Below are positions 12,916 to 26,574 of a DNA stretch of 64,000 bases, in pieces. The translations under genes were made by a program, and so were the position numbers. The DNA is taken from positions 126,976,001 to 127,040,000 of the forward strand of contig OX597819.1 in the NCBI GenBank assembly GCA_951406725.2, written 5' to 3'. Source of the DNA: Octopus vulgaris (lineage: Eukaryota). The notes beneath the pieces are model-generated. The model was given only the letters and a program-made list of their open reading frames with translations. It did not search any database and was not told where the DNA came from. Every line of letters begins with the position of its first letter. The first letter of the stretch is position 1.

Positions 12916-14259
12916 CAAAATAAGCAACAAGAATATCTTCGGTAATTTGCGCACGCATGTATACACGCACATGCGTATGCATGCGTGCGCAAAACAACTA
13001 TTGAACGTTGTAATGACTGGAGGGTGGATTTGTAGGAAGTGTCCATGTTCCTCAACGATGCCATGGTTTATCTTAACGAAATCAAAAATCTCTTGTTCTT
13101 GAGATGGTGGTGACCAAGGATTACAACATAGAATAGGCGTATAACTCGTATTAAATAAAGAAAAGCAGTGTGCACTGCTTTCAGTGGAGATGGAGTGTCA
13201 CGTGTTAGTAGCAAGATTAACAATAACATAACTGGTTAGCGTTTTCACTCTGGAAGAATGGTAGTGCAATGATTCATTAAGGAACCTGATGTGTTTTATC
13301 ATGGATATGGCAAAAAGAGCCGAAACAAAGAACAAATGCCCAGCAAGAAATAGAAACATTTTGCTGTATAGTCGAAAGGTAACGCTTGCACCTGAGCCTG
13401 AATGGTGGGCTACGATGATAACAGAAGGAAAAAATCCGCGTATAATTTGGGTCACAATAATCCGTACATTTCCTGGTTACGTCCATACTGTCCGAAAGTG
13501 CCTTTAGTAGACAGGTGAAGGGATTTCATCGTTGTTGAAGCTGTATATAAAATATATATGTTTGTCTAAAGCAGGCGATAACAATTCTTAAATTATATTA
13601 ATTAGCTATTTTGTAGAACACCCGAGAAGAGAAGGATCAAATAAACAAAACAAATTTGAAGATCTTTTCTTTGAAAGTAAGTCTGGAACTGTGAAGAAAG
13701 ATAGAAATGTTCGCCAAATTATTTTCTTCTCACAAGCCACCCGAACCCACCCAACCTCTCCATCCCTATATCTCACGATCTCTCTAACTTACTTTTCCCT
13801 CTCTGTTTCTCTCTCCCTGTTACTTTCATTGACTTATTATTCGCCCTCTTACAACTTCCTCCATGTCACTCGACGCCCTTCTCCCGTAGATGCACCGTCT
13901 ATATTTTTCCTTCTCTTTTATGAGTCTACAGAAATACACTAAAGTCCATTCACACGCAGGGGAATTCTCTTCCTCTCTGTCTCTCTATCTACGTCGCTTA
14001 TCTCTCACTTTTTACAAACGCACGGGCATAGAAAAAAAACATACACATCTGTTATCGTGAGCCCGTATATATATATGTATATACATACATACACACGCAC
14101 AAATATATACAAATATATATATTGTGCGTATGTGTTTGTCAGTGTACATTTATGTACGTGTGTGTATACATGTATATATTTATGTGTGTGCGAGCGCCGG
14201 TTGGTGTGTGAGACATTGTGTATGTATGTCCTTATTCAGTTTTATTTCAAGATTTCTTG

Positions 14260-15230
14260 CTAATAAAGAGCCGGTTTCTAACCTAGATTCAAGGCCCCTT
14301 CATTGGAATTTAAACATCAACAAGAGAGTATTTTTGTTTGTATGTACGTATGTATGTATATGTACAGATCTGTATGTTTTGCTTTATGTATGCATTCCCA
14401 TGCATATAGTTGCATATGTAGACATGCTCATATATATATTTAAATGATAAACTTCTGGGAAGTTTTACAGATCTTTACAGTACCAATGATGGACTGGATC
14501 TGTAGTCTTCGAATTAGCTTTCTCCTTTCTGGTTATGAGAGGCCTAATTTCTCAAGATTGGTATTTAGAAAGTGTATTACGTATCCCAGTGCCCCAATAA
14601 TTACAGGTATAAACCTGAACTTGTAATCTGGATGAGTAACTTCAGATTTCTCAATAGTTCAGCGAAGTTCAGCTTATAATTAACATCCGCTGGGCAGCTA
14701 ATTTCCACAACTGTGCAGTTTCTCTTCTCCATCCCAGATCATTATATCTGGTCTGTTGTGCTTACATTTTATTGAGGTCTTCACTGGAACATTCTACCAG
14801 TACTCCTTTTTATTATGAGTAGCTATGGCTTCTACCATACTGTGAGATTTCATTATAGAGAGTCCTAGCCACAACATGTCTCATCGGTAGATGAACCGTG
14901 ATGACATTTTCGGATACTGCTTATGATGTGAGGGATAAATTCAGTATTAACTCCACAAAGTCTACATCGGTTGTCACATTTTACTGCTTTTCCTGTATAT
15001 CTATGCCTTTTGTGCATCAGGGGCTTGGTTGAAATTTCCTGTTCCTGGATTGCAAACGCATACCTTTCAAAGTGGGAGATACTAACCCGGCTGTTGGTCC
15101 ATAATAAACTACTTTATTGATCGATGTTACTATCACCTCAGAGTTTTCTAGTAACAACCATGCATACATAATCTTCTGCTCATTATAGGCGCATCCTTTC
15201 ATCTGATGATACGTTGCGGTAGAGTCGTAC
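14260..15230 (-). mobile_element. R4/Dong-like RLE non-LTR retrotransposon, 3' fragment
   Basis: Minus strand CRLC zinc knuckle, HNRPDIMIW, VEISCP and PVIIGALG restriction-like endonuclease motifs; 3' UTR shared with 59430-59490. Confidence 0.85.
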
Positions 15231-15239
15231 GACTTCTTT

Positions 15240-15492
15240 AGGCATGTATTCTAGGTTACCAGACAAAGTTGAGAACAATATGCCAAGGTATAGACAAATG
15301 GCGGAAGGAAATTATAATAGAATGCCCATTAGAGCTCCTACAGAAAGTTTGTCTCTTAGGGAAAGAATGGGTTATCAAAAGGGTTTTAAACACTTGAAAG
15401 ACTGCCGAAAACGTGTGGATACCTAATGTTACAGGTAGTAACCCGCTACCCACATGAATCCTACCAGGAATATGACCAAACCTGAGCCAAAC

Positions 15493-15544
<52 letters not shown>

Positions 15545-16244
15545 AATAATAAATGTCTTGATGCAATACAAGGCACTAGCTCTGACTGGAAATGTTATCA
15601 TGTACATTGTTTTGTCTTGGTTTTAAAAATGGGCTACAACAAATATTCTGCTCAATACCACAGATTTGCTTGTCACATGCTTGAACACAACTAGTTGAAT
15701 CCCTAGTGGCTGACAATATGTGTGTCTCTGATCATGGGCAGTCTTGGGAAGCATCATATCCGATAACTTGTGGATACCTAAAGGTACAAGTAGAAACCTG
15801 CTAACCTCATAAATCCTACCTAGAATAAGATCGAACCTGAGCCAAACAAAGATAATAATAATATAGTAAATATAAAGACTTGCTAATAGAAATTGAAAAA
15901 CATGTGGCATCTCAAGGCGATTACAGTACCAGTGATTGTAGGATCTCTAGGAATGATAAAGAAAGGTACTGAAACCTATTTGAAAATGATACCAGGATTA
16001 CCATCCCTACAGGAAGTGCAAAAAATCGTGTTAACTGGAACGGCTCATGTACTGAGAAGAGCATTATCGCTGTGAAAACAACATCCATTCATGAATTTAT
16101 CTATTCATTAATTTTTTAATTACATATTTTACCTGTGAATCTGCGTCTGTAATCTGGGAATGCATACAATGAGCTTCTCTGCCCTAGGTGTACGGAAAAT
16201 ACTCGGTGAAAACGGAAGAAAATTTGAAGAAAGAAGGAAAAATA

Positions 16245-16297
<53 letters not shown>

Positions 16298-16298
16298 T
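15240..16298 (+). mobile_element. Stack of (TAA)n-tailed retroelement 3' ends: two Dong/R4-like C-termini and a family-D fragment
   Basis: ORF 15893-16075 (VPVIVGSLG...VQKIVLTGTAHVLRRAL) and LQKVCLLG remnant at ~15340; duplicated 3' UTR GTGGATACCTAA...ACCTGAGCCAAAC at ~15414-15492 and ~15770-15847; (TAA)n tails. Confidence 0.8.
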
Positions 16299-17009
16299 GA
16301 AAATACTGATGCGGACGAAAGTAATAATGACAAAAATACTAACAATGAGGACGACGAAGATGATGGAAATGATTAATGATGATTTCATTACTTGCAGCAA
16401 CACAAGACATTTGAATTATAATTATTATTATTATTATATGACGATAAATGACGATGATGTTGATAAATGATAACGATAACAACAACAGCGACGACAATCA
16501 TGACGACGACGTGCCAAAAGACAATCAATGATAGAGTGCTGATAAAAAGAGTAGTCGACTTACGGTTGGGATGTCTTATCAGCACTGAAACCTCCTTCAC
16601 CTAGTCAAAGCAATAAATTGGGGTCCCCAACATGTACAACCACAGATTAGTCTTAGAAATTCTTCATAAGATTCCGGGAAACTGTGAGCCCAGTATACTC
16701 ATGCGTTAATACGACATGTTTTTTTGTCGATCTCTGATAAATGGAAGGCGAATTCAGCAAAATTTGAACGTAGAACATAAAAGGGCGTAAATAAATAGTT
16801 CCGTGCAAGCATTCCAAAACTCTGCCGTTTGTGAAACTCTACTAACTTATAATCGTATTTATGTTATTATTTCTTAGCCTCGACAACAGAAGTGTTACAT
16901 GAATATTATGTTATTCTCGATATCATAGGAAAACAAATTACAAAACCAAACAATTTATTTCACACACCTCTTTGGTCTTACCCATAATCCTCTATTGAAC
17001 ATCTTATGA

Positions 17010-17930
17010 AATATCTACCGACCGCATTGCGCTGAGAACGCTAAGCACCCTGTTTCGGTCTACGCTTCATCCAGGAATGAAGCTCTATCAAAGAGACGAG
17101 AAATGTAGGCATTAACCACACCCACCCCTCTTCTTCAAAGATAATTTTCTCTCAACTGATCCCTAGGTGAGACTAGTCATTCCACTCGATATTTATTTCT
17201 AGTTCTTGTCCGACTGGAGGTTTCAATCAAACTAAATTCAGACCAATTTAACCCGTCCGCCCAGAGACCCTTGACATTGTTAGATGAAATGAACATGCTC
17301 CTCCAGATGCCGAACGCTTTCTCTTGATTAATTTTGGTCCTGTTAGTACATCTCATTTTCTTAGAGTAGAGTCGACAGTATTTCTGTGTCGTCATTTGTT
17401 TATATAAACAAGTATCCTCCGCATACGCCTCCTCGAGGATGCACGTCGAAGCCTCCAACTTCTGCAGTAATTAGCTCAAGACACAGTACGCCTGAAGAAA
17501 TCTGGCAACCCCTAATACATAGCAATGAGTCTAAAGGCACCTCCATCGCTATTGTTTACGTCCTGACCTCCAACATACCGTCCTGGTCCAGAAAAATTCA
17601 ATGTGTTTCGAGGTCCAGGCCTTTCTGTTACAGCACATCTCTCTTGCCTCCATTTTTGGTCATGGTGCGAAGATCTCAAGGTAGCCAAAAAGGTGCGTAC
17701 GGTGCTAATTACACCCAAACCTACTGAACTGAGGTCATTGAGAAGGTGACTCAATGACCTCGCAAAGCACCAATTACTACAGGTATTATCGTAGTACTCT
17801 TCTACCCTTTTGTGATTTCAGTTTGCAAATCTTTATGGTGAGAAAGCTGTACGGCGAGCTCATAACCAGCCACCGCCACATGGGGGCACCTAGGAAGCGT
17901 TGCAAGGACTGCCTGAAGCAGTCCCTTCTA
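17010..17930 (+). pseudogene. Scrambled old RTE LINE fragments
   Basis: KLYGELITSHRHMGAPRKRCKDCLK at 17840-17925 is an RTE-BovB C-terminal motif; weak endonuclease-like remnants upstream. Confidence 0.5.
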
Positions 17931-19301
17931 GAGGAGGTTATCGGTTGCAATCCCGAAACCAAAAGTCTCTCCCCATTCGTTTTACGCCGAGGGGATACTG
18001 ATACTGCTTCTAAAGCAGCACGATTCAGTATCTGGCAAATGTCCAACTTAAATGGAACTCTCTAGGCCAATGCGATATGTACTTCTCTCCGAATATTTTG
18101 GGTAAATGGTGAATTCTCTGCCGCTTACGGAAACTACAGAGTGCTTCAGCTGAAGCTCATGCTCCTGACGATGACATCCACACTCCCAAACTGCCTTGCT
18201 TTGATCACATGATCTACGTCTTCCTATATTTGTTTGAGGCTTCTTTCCATTGGGGCGTGTGTCACTGCTTCTAAGCATCTGGCTTTAGCTGACATGCAGC
18301 CATACAGCACCGTCTTCTGGTAGATGCTGCAAAAACCTCGGCTGGGATGACAACATATATTCTTCTCCCATTCGCCTTCACAAACTGTTTTTACTTGTGT
18401 CAACCTATTTATCGCATTTGGAGAGCAACAGGTATTGTGCTGATTTCGTCGCTGTCTCAGCAAAAGGTTGCCTGCCCATGAAAATGCCTTCGCCACTTAC
18501 TCTGCTACTGTCGTTATTCTTTTATTGTTGTTGATGCTGTTATCGCTGCTGCAGTTGTTGCTGCTATTGTTTTGTTGTCACTGTTGAAATTGTTGTTTTA
18601 AACTTATCCTGGATAAGTCTTACTAATGCCGAAATAGATACTTAAATGAACATACAGGTCAGTGTATTCCATGATGTCTATTTATTTCTATATCAACAAT
18701 CAGAAGCATAAATGGCAAAACGACAGCGGATAATCGAACATGTATCGCAGAATTCTCGAAAAAGCGCTGAATATTGATGCTGCTGCGTTCGTCTCCTCAC
18801 ATCCAATGTGGATATGATGTGTTGTTGTCAACTCCCGGTATATCTGGAAACACGGTGCTATTTCGGTCTTACATTGTGACGAAGGAATCAATTACAGAAA
18901 ATAATTTTAAGCAGAGAGAGAGAGAAAGAAAGCAAGAGAGAAAGAAGGAAAGAGAGAGATAAAGAGAGAAAGATATAAAGAGTGAGGGAGGGAGGGAAAG
19001 GGTACTGTTAGCAGAGGAGGTTCAGCACCGGATTACACCCGATTGATTCTAAATTTGTCGTCTTACTTCTGAAGCGATAACAAAAATAGCAACTTTAGTA
19101 AAACAACATCGCCATCATCATCATCATCATCGTCGTCGTTGTCCTCCTCCCCCTCCTCCTCCTCCTCCTCCTCATCATCATCATCATTGTCATCATTAAC
19201 ATCATCATCACTATCATTAACATAAAAATCACTATCACTGTCATCATCGATGTCGTTTTTATCATAAACTACAATAGCAACAACAACAACACACACACAC
19301 A

Positions 19302-19342
<41 letters not shown>

Positions 19343-19807
19343 TCACACACGCACGCGCGCACACATACACACGCACAAACGCATGTGAGCGCATAAAAAC
19401 TCCGCAGAGGTCGGAGAAAGGGCAAATATATCGACTTTGAAACGACCTAAATTATATTAACGATGAAGAACCAGAAACTGTCTAAATTAGTTTTTAATTT
19501 TCCTCATCATTAAAACCGTTGAGATTATGAATTGCTAATCAGAAATTTGGTTTCATTAAAATTGTCATATTCTGGAGAGGAAGAAAAAAAAAGGAAACAT
19601 TGAAATATTAAATTTTGATTGCATAAAGCATGGCCTCGTTAAAATCATGTTACTGACAATATTAACTTCATGCAAGTCCTTTAATTATTTAGTCAAGCGT
19701 GGCTTTCTTTTTACACCAGGGATTCTGGATAAAATGGATTTATTACTTTCAAATGAACACTGAACGCTCAAACTGTGTGTGTTTGTGTGTATTTATATGT
19801 ATGTACG

Positions 19808-19851
<44 letters not shown>

Positions 19852-19935
19852 TATATACATGTGTGTGTATATATATATGTGTATGTATATATATGTATAT
19901 ATATATATGTGTATGTATGTATATATATATATGTG

Positions 19936-19975
<40 letters not shown>

Positions 19976-19985
19976 TGTATGTATG

Positions 19986-20037
<52 letters not shown>

Positions 20038-20772
20038 CGCGCAACAGGGTTTAAGCAGCAGGTTATCAACATTTTAAACTAAAATGCCCTGTTTAATTTC
20101 CTTCAAAGAACATGTATACCAGGGTGAGTATATATGCACATATATGTGAATATATATATGCGAATGCCTTCGTATAAATGTGTATAGATGGGTTCATAGG
20201 TTCGAGGGAGCGAGGACCATTTGACTAATGAATATGCCACAGAATGCCACCCAAAATATCAAGGAACGTATACCTACACTGTGCTACTTCGTAGGTCTCA
20301 GTATAAACATGTACTGTTGTAAAAAGCGGAATCACTAGATGACTAAGTAGAAAACTCGAACATTCATTGGATAGTGTGTCAGGCGAGTATTGCTTCTCTG
20401 TTTATCTCCATTAATAACACCACACAAATATAGGTGCGCTACATGTATCCTGGTTTTAGACTAGATGCGCCGTATCCGTTTTTCATAAGAGGCAACTAAA
20501 TAGTTTGCCCATTATCTATTGTCTTTTACTGGTAAAATTCCTTAGACTACTGTCATACTGGGGCACCACCTTGAAGGGAATTAGCCGAATACATTGGCCT
20601 AATACTTACGTTTGTTTTCAAATACCTGCTACTTTTTCTTTCGGTCTTTTCTTTTTACCCAACTACTAAGTTACGGGTACAAACAGACCAATGTCGGTTG
20701 TGGATTGGAGGGTGTATTACAAACTCTGAGACAAAGAATGATGCACACACACAAGGATATGTCTATATATAC

Positions 20773-21725
20773 ATAGTGAGAATTTACAAAACACAAAAGA
20801 CGAGGACGGGTGTGTAAATAACAAACAGATGTATTAGTTTAACGCTCGGGAAGTGAGAAAGTCTTTTACGTTTCGAGCCTACGCTCTTCGACAGAAAGGA
20901 ACACAGAAATAAACAGGGAGAGAAAATAGGAAAAGGTTTGTGGCTAGCGATCTATCATGGCGAATGCTGGACAGCTAGGAAGAAGGGGAGATAATAAAGT
21001 AGTGGTGATCCCAAAACGAAGGTCGCGTGCGTGTTTATGTGAGAGCGTGTATGTGCGTGTCGAAGGGGGCTGGTGACATTGACGTGTGCGTGTGTACATG
21101 TCTAGATGTGTGGATGAAGGTGTAGGTGCTGGGCACTGGTCAGTGCTAGTGTATGCACTGGAGTCTCAAAGTCATTGTTGTCACTGCAGAGCTTGTGTAG
21201 TCGAAGAAATTGGGAATTGGGGATGGAGAGCTTGGTGTGTTTAAGGTGGGAGGAGGAGAAGTTGAGGTATGAGTGTGAGTTTGTAGTGGATGGAGGTGGT
21301 GAGAGTAGAGTGATGAATGCTGACCGAAATTTCGAGAAAGGCGACGGAAGTGTTGGAAATAGTGAAGAAGTAGAGGGCAGGATGGACAGATTTGACAAAA
21401 GAGAGGAAAGAGTTTAGATGTTCGCAAGAGATTGAGGTCGCACGATACAGTCAATATAACGCTCATATAGTTCAGGAGTGGGACCACTGAAACTTAAGAA
21501 TATTCGGGCCTCAACGTCGCCAAAGAATAGGTTCGCATAGTTGGGGCCCATTCTTGTTCCCATGGCTACTCCCGAAACTGATGGTAAAAATCACCAGTGA
21601 ACGAGATGGATGCAGATAAGTGAGAGGAGAAGTTAGGCCAGACGAAGGAGTGAGGAAGTGTCAGGTTGGGGGTTTGATCGAAGGTCAAGGAAATGTTAGA
21701 GTGCACGCAGCTCTTGGTGGTGAGG
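20773..21725 (-). mobile_element. Internally deleted Penelope-like element (RT, thumb, pLTR)
   Basis: AMGTRMGPNYANLFFGDVE and SIPNSQFLRLHKLCSDNNDF on the minus strand; pLTR at 20773-20965 ends in (TA)n. Confidence 0.88.
20863..20898 (-). ncRNA. Minimal type I hammerhead, CUGU-N-GA core variant
   Basis: CTTT-CTGTCGA-AGAGC-GTAG-GCTC-GAAAC-GTA-AAAG; stem I CTTT/AAAG, stem III reduced to palindromic ACGT. Confidence 0.7.
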
Positions 21726-21806
21726 GATATATATTCATATATATGATATATGTGTGTGTGTATACGTAACTTCACACACACACGCGCGCGCACACAGACA
21801 CATATA

Positions 21807-21970
21807 GGCGCAGGAGTGGCTGTGTGGTAAGTAGCTTGCATACCAACTATATGCTTCCGGGTTCAGTCTCACTGTGTGGCACCTTGGCCGAGTGTCTTCT
21901 ACTATAGCCTTGGTCCGACCAAAGCCTTGTGAGTGGATTTAGTAGGTGGAAACAGAAAGAAGCCCGTCCT
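21807..21970 (+). mobile_element. SINE family B, 5' half
   Basis: GGCGCAGGAGTGGCTGTGTGGTAAG box-A-like head and GGGTTCAGTC box-B-like motif; matches 36109-36409. Confidence 0.88.
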
Positions 21971-21983
21971 ACACACACACACA

Positions 21984-22021
<38 letters not shown>

Positions 22022-22089
22022 TATATACACACGTCACAAACACACGCAAACACACACACACACATATACATACATATATATATATATAT

Positions 22090-22432
22090 GACACCAACAC
22101 AGGCTCCCGCCTTTTTACCATGGACATAAAATCTCTGTTCACTGTGATCCCCCCACAACGACGGCCTCTTTGCCTTCCAGTACTTCCACCGTCGCCCAGA
22201 CCCCACTCCTACCCCCCCTTATCCGCCTAGCACAACTCATCCTCACCCTCATCTGCTTTACGTTCGCAGGAGAGATTTGCCAGTATATCTCTGGAGTTAC
22301 TATGGGAATGAGAATAGGCCCCGATTTTGCCAACTTATTTGTTAGTTAGTTTGAGGTCCAAATCTTCTCCGTACTGACCCCAGAGCTATACGGTCGCTAT
22401 ATAGATGACTGTGTAGGTGCTACCTCCCCCTC
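22090..22432 (+). pseudogene. Penelope-like RT fragment
   Basis: LFTMDIKSLFTVIP, SGVTMGMRIGPDFANLFV and YGRYIDDCVG motifs. Confidence 0.85.
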
Positions 22433-22661
22433 TATTCTGTCAGCGGTTAGAAGAAAAACTACTAGTCAATTACTACGTAGGGACATTCTTCAGATGAACA
22501 GACAGACTCAGTGGAGTTGTTGGAATCGGTGGCAGTTAGTCACAGAGGAAAAGATACGGTGGACTGAAGAAAAGTAATAACGGAAGAAATTAATCTTTTA
22601 GGACAGAATTATCATTTTATCATTCAAAACTCACACGTAATATGAAAATGAGTGTAACATT

Positions 22662-22693
<32 letters not shown>

Positions 22694-22770
22694 TCTCCTC
22701 CACCTCCACCACCTCCTCCTCCTCATCATCATCATCGTCATCGTCGTCGTCGTTGTTGTTGTTATTCTTA

Positions 22771-23070
22771 TTCCGCCGAGGTCGACTTTAATTTTCATCC
22801 TCCAAGGCCGATAAAATAAGTACCAGTAGAGTATAGGGATCGATGTAATTAGATTACCTGCCAGAATAGTTAGCACGCTGGAACAAATGCTCAGCAGTAT
22901 TTCGCCCTTCACTACGTTCTGAGTTCAAATTCAGCCGAGGTCAATTTTGCCTTTCATCTTTTCGGGTTCGATAAAATAAGTACCAGTTGAACACTAATGT
23001 ATTCGACTCACCCACTCCCCAAAACTTGCTGCCCTTGTGGAAAAATTTGAAACCATTATTATTATTATTA
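22771..23070 (+). mobile_element. Two juxtaposed older family-A SINE fragments with an (ATT)n tail
   Basis: Two Nin-like domains (CCGAGGTC...GATAAAATAAGTACCAG). Confidence 0.75.
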
Positions 23071-23187
23071 TTGAGTGAGAGAGCAGCACATGCCATCAAA
23101 GTAACACTGGGGTACAAATATACGAAGCCCGATATACAAATCATGACTACCTGCCTGATAGAGGTAAATCAGGCACATGCATCACAT
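23069..23187 (-). mobile_element. 3' fragment of family D (TAA)n-tailed element
   Basis: Matches 44657-44770. Confidence 0.85.
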
Positions 23188-23194
23188 TACCAGA

Positions 23195-25490
23195 AGCTAA
23201 GTCGGTAGTCCAGGACGTGAACGATAATGAAGGCAGTGCTTTTATACTGGTCGCAGTGTACGCACCAACTGGAGTGGGGCAGCCTGAGTTCTTCAGACAC
23301 CTGGAGGCGTCTCAACCTTTAGTGTTATTGGGCGACTGGAACGGCATTTTGGATGCACTTGTGGAATGGTTGGGGCTAGCGGATAGGAAAGGTGGGGTGC
23401 ACAAGCCTCGTAAACCTACTCAGTCGTTTCCAGCTGGCGGTCAGGTTCAGAATGAAATTCCCGCACACGCCAGTGTGGACATGGGAAAACAGCGCCGGGT
23501 CATCCAGATCTTATCTAGATAGGGTATTTTGTAGTCCACCAGATAGGAATAGCATAGAGTCCACAATTTGAATTCGTCAACTACACAGACCACAGATTTG
23601 TGATCTCTACGGTTAACCTAGATAGGGTCCATATCCAAGGACGCGGATTCTGGAAGCTGAACGCGTCCTTCCCTGCGCGCCAAGCTTTCAGAGACCGGCT
23701 TAGCAAGTTAGTCCATCGAAAGTTGAGGAGTGCAGTCGTCAACAACCGATGGTAGGGGGCCCTAAAACGAGTGATTAGCGTAGAAGCTGTAGAATTTAGC
23801 AGAGAACTAGCGATATAGAAGACGAGAATAGAGGGAGACCTAGTTAGGAAATTAGAAAAGGCACTCAGTAGAAGCATAGTGACCGACGTGTTGGCAGTAA
23901 GATTGGTTCTGAAACAATTCTTCAACACCAAACATGAATGTTGCATTGTAAGAGCTTGGAAGCGTACTCTAAAGCAAGGGGAACAAAAAGCGTTCGATGG
24001 GTCCATGTAGCCGAACGTGGTAATAAAACTACAAATCAGTCTTTGAGGGGTCGGGACGGGCGCTTGCTACATGAGTCGAAGCAGATGCGTGCGGAATTTC
24101 AGCGGCACTTTGCTGAACAGTACGTGGGGCGCGGTGGCCCGAAAGTGGAGATGAACTTCACTTCTTACCTTGACGGTGTACCATGGCTTTCGGCCAGGGA
24201 CGTGCAGTTATGCGAAATGCCGATAACTGCCTAAGATATACGTGATACGTTAGCTAGTTGCACGAGAGAGAGTTCTCTGGGATTGGATGGTCTGCCCTTC
24301 GAGCTTTATATATATATATGCCAAATTTGTTTGGTGAGCTTTTGGGAAACGTCTACCGCAACTGCCAGCAGAATGGGAGAATACACGGATCTGAGAGCCG
24401 AGGTGTGGTGACGCTACTGAGAATGGATCCGAACAAGGAAGACATTATTGATAACTTTAGGCCGGTAACTCTGCTAAATACATATTACAAAATTTTGGCC
24501 AAGGTGTTAGCAAAGAGATTGGCACTTGTTCACAGACTGGTGGGTGATGCGCAGACTTGCACTATCCCCAGCACGCGATACATTATAGAGAGGGTTGGTA
24601 AAGAACCTAGCATGGGTGGGGCTCTGATCCATTTGGATCTACCAAAAGTCTTTGATAGGATCAACCATCAGTACTTGGAGGCTGTCCTCAAGGCGGCTGG
24701 TTTAGGTCCCGTTTTCAGAGGCTGTATCGCTGCAATATACAGCGACATCTGTGCGATGGTCAAAGCCACCTCTCGGAATCGTTTAATATTGCTCGCTCAC
24801 CCAGTCAACGATGCCCACTCTCACCCCTTCGTACGTACTGGTACTCAAGCCATTACTGAGGAAGCTGGAGGTTTCAAGGACATCCCGCGTAAACTGGGAT
24901 GTAGAAGGTTCGTGTCAGCGTAAACGGACGACGTCACCCTAATAGTGTCGGACACATCGGAAATCGAGATGGTCGGCACTACCATGAGGGAATACGAAAC
25001 GGTGACAGGAGCAAGGATCAACCAGGAGAAGTGGGCCTGCAGCTCGGCACCTGAAGAGGCAGGCCCATGCCAACCGACAGCTTGTGAGGTGCTGGACGGA
25101 AGGGGATAAGAACTGGAGTGAGGTGACAGACAGGGTGGACAGCCTCACACAGAGATGGGTCGAGAGGAAGCTGTCCCTGAAAGGTTGGGCGGAGGTGGAG
25201 AATGTGTACATCGCATTGATCAAATACTACCGTCTGACTGTCGTTTCTTTCCCTGCTTCTTGGCTGAGCGGGATGGTGCGTTTGCTCTTCCTCTTCGTGT
25301 AGAGGGGACAGGTACCGCTTGTCAGACGGTCCATATCTCAGCACCCGTTGCGTGGAGGACGGGCTTGCCGTAGCTGAAGATGCGCAAACATGCTCCGAGG
25401 CTGCAACATCTCAAGCGATACCTTAACGGTGAGAAGGTGTGGTCGCTGTTTTGTTGAACGCGCTTTACCGCAGCTCGTCTCCTTGACAGT
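23195..25490 (+). mobile_element. Tx1/L1-like LINE ORF2 pseudogene (APE endonuclease plus RT)
   Basis: VAVYAPT, LLGDWN, SYLDR, TDHR, GFWKLNAS, NFRPVTLLNTYYKILAKVLAKRL, LDLPKVFDRINHQYL and TDDVT motifs, with stops and frameshifts. Confidence 0.9.
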
Positions 25491-25509
25491 CCTTGTTCAG
25501 GCGTAGTCC

Positions 25510-25663
<154 letters not shown>

Positions 25664-25975
25664 GGCGGTGAGCTGGACGAAAAACTTAGCCCGTCGCTAT
25701 TTCAAAGTTCAAATTTCGCTGAGGTCGACTCCCAAATCCACTGATATCCACTCCCAAATTTCAGGCATTGTGCGTATGTTTGAACCAATTATTAATTAAT
25801 TAATTAATTAATTAACATTTACGAATGTATCCACCGTAAATACGATGTTACCAGTTGTAGGAAGATCGATTATAAAAATTAATTCCATCTAAATTTCTAT
25901 AGTCAGCTGCATGAATAGTAATAGTTGTAGTAGTTGCTGTTGGTTTGGCGTCGGTGGTACTATTAGGAGTACGAA

Positions 25976-26574
25976 GGCGGCGAGCTGGCAGAAAGGTTAG
26001 CACTCCGGGTGAAATGCTTAGCGGTATTTCAACTGTCGCAACGTTGTGAGTTCAAATTCCGTCGAGGTTGAATTTGCCTTTCCTCCTTTCGGGGTCGATT
26101 AAACAAGTACAATTCACGCACTGGGGCCGATATAATCGACTTAATCCGTTTGTCTGTCCTTGTTTGTCCTCTCTGTGTTTAGCCCCTTGTGGGTAGTAAA
26201 GAAATAGGTATTTCAACTGTCGCAACGTTGTGAGTTCAAATTCCGCCGAGGTCGACTTTGCCTTTCCTCCTTTCGGGGTCGATTAAACAAGTACAATTCA
26301 CGCACTGGGGCCGATATAATCGACTTAATCCGTTTGTCTGTCCTTGATTGTCCTCTCTGTGTTTAGCCCCTTGTGGGTAGTAAAGAAATAGGTATTTCAA
26401 CTGTCGCAACGTTGTGAGTTCAAATTCCGCCGAGGTCGACTTTGCCTTTCCTCCTTTCGGGGTCGATTAAACAAGTACAATTCACGCACTGGGGCCGATA
26501 TAATCGACTTAATCCGTTTGTCTGTCCTTGATTGTCCTCTCTGTGTTTAGCCCCTTGTGGGTAGTAAAGAAATA
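25976..26574 (+). mobile_element. SINE family A trimer: one head plus three 184-bp body units
   Basis: Units start at 26023, 26207 and 26391; TSD GGTACT(A/G)TTAGGAGTA at 25956-25971 and 26575-26590. Confidence 0.95.

Noticed and set aside
13000-13545. Higher-complexity stretch as a host exon or LINE
   Set aside because: Stops in all frames and no motif I can identify.
17930-18500. Minus-strand LINE RT remnant
   Set aside because: Only vague resemblance (IPAEVF); too degraded to support.
22433-22497. Minus-strand CTGAAGA-ATGTC...GACA-GAATA
   Set aside because: GAAA broken and no cleavage triplet or stem I.
26023-26574. Tandem 184-bp repeats as a CRISPR-like or satellite array
   Set aside because: No spacers; the units are SINE bodies inside one TSD.
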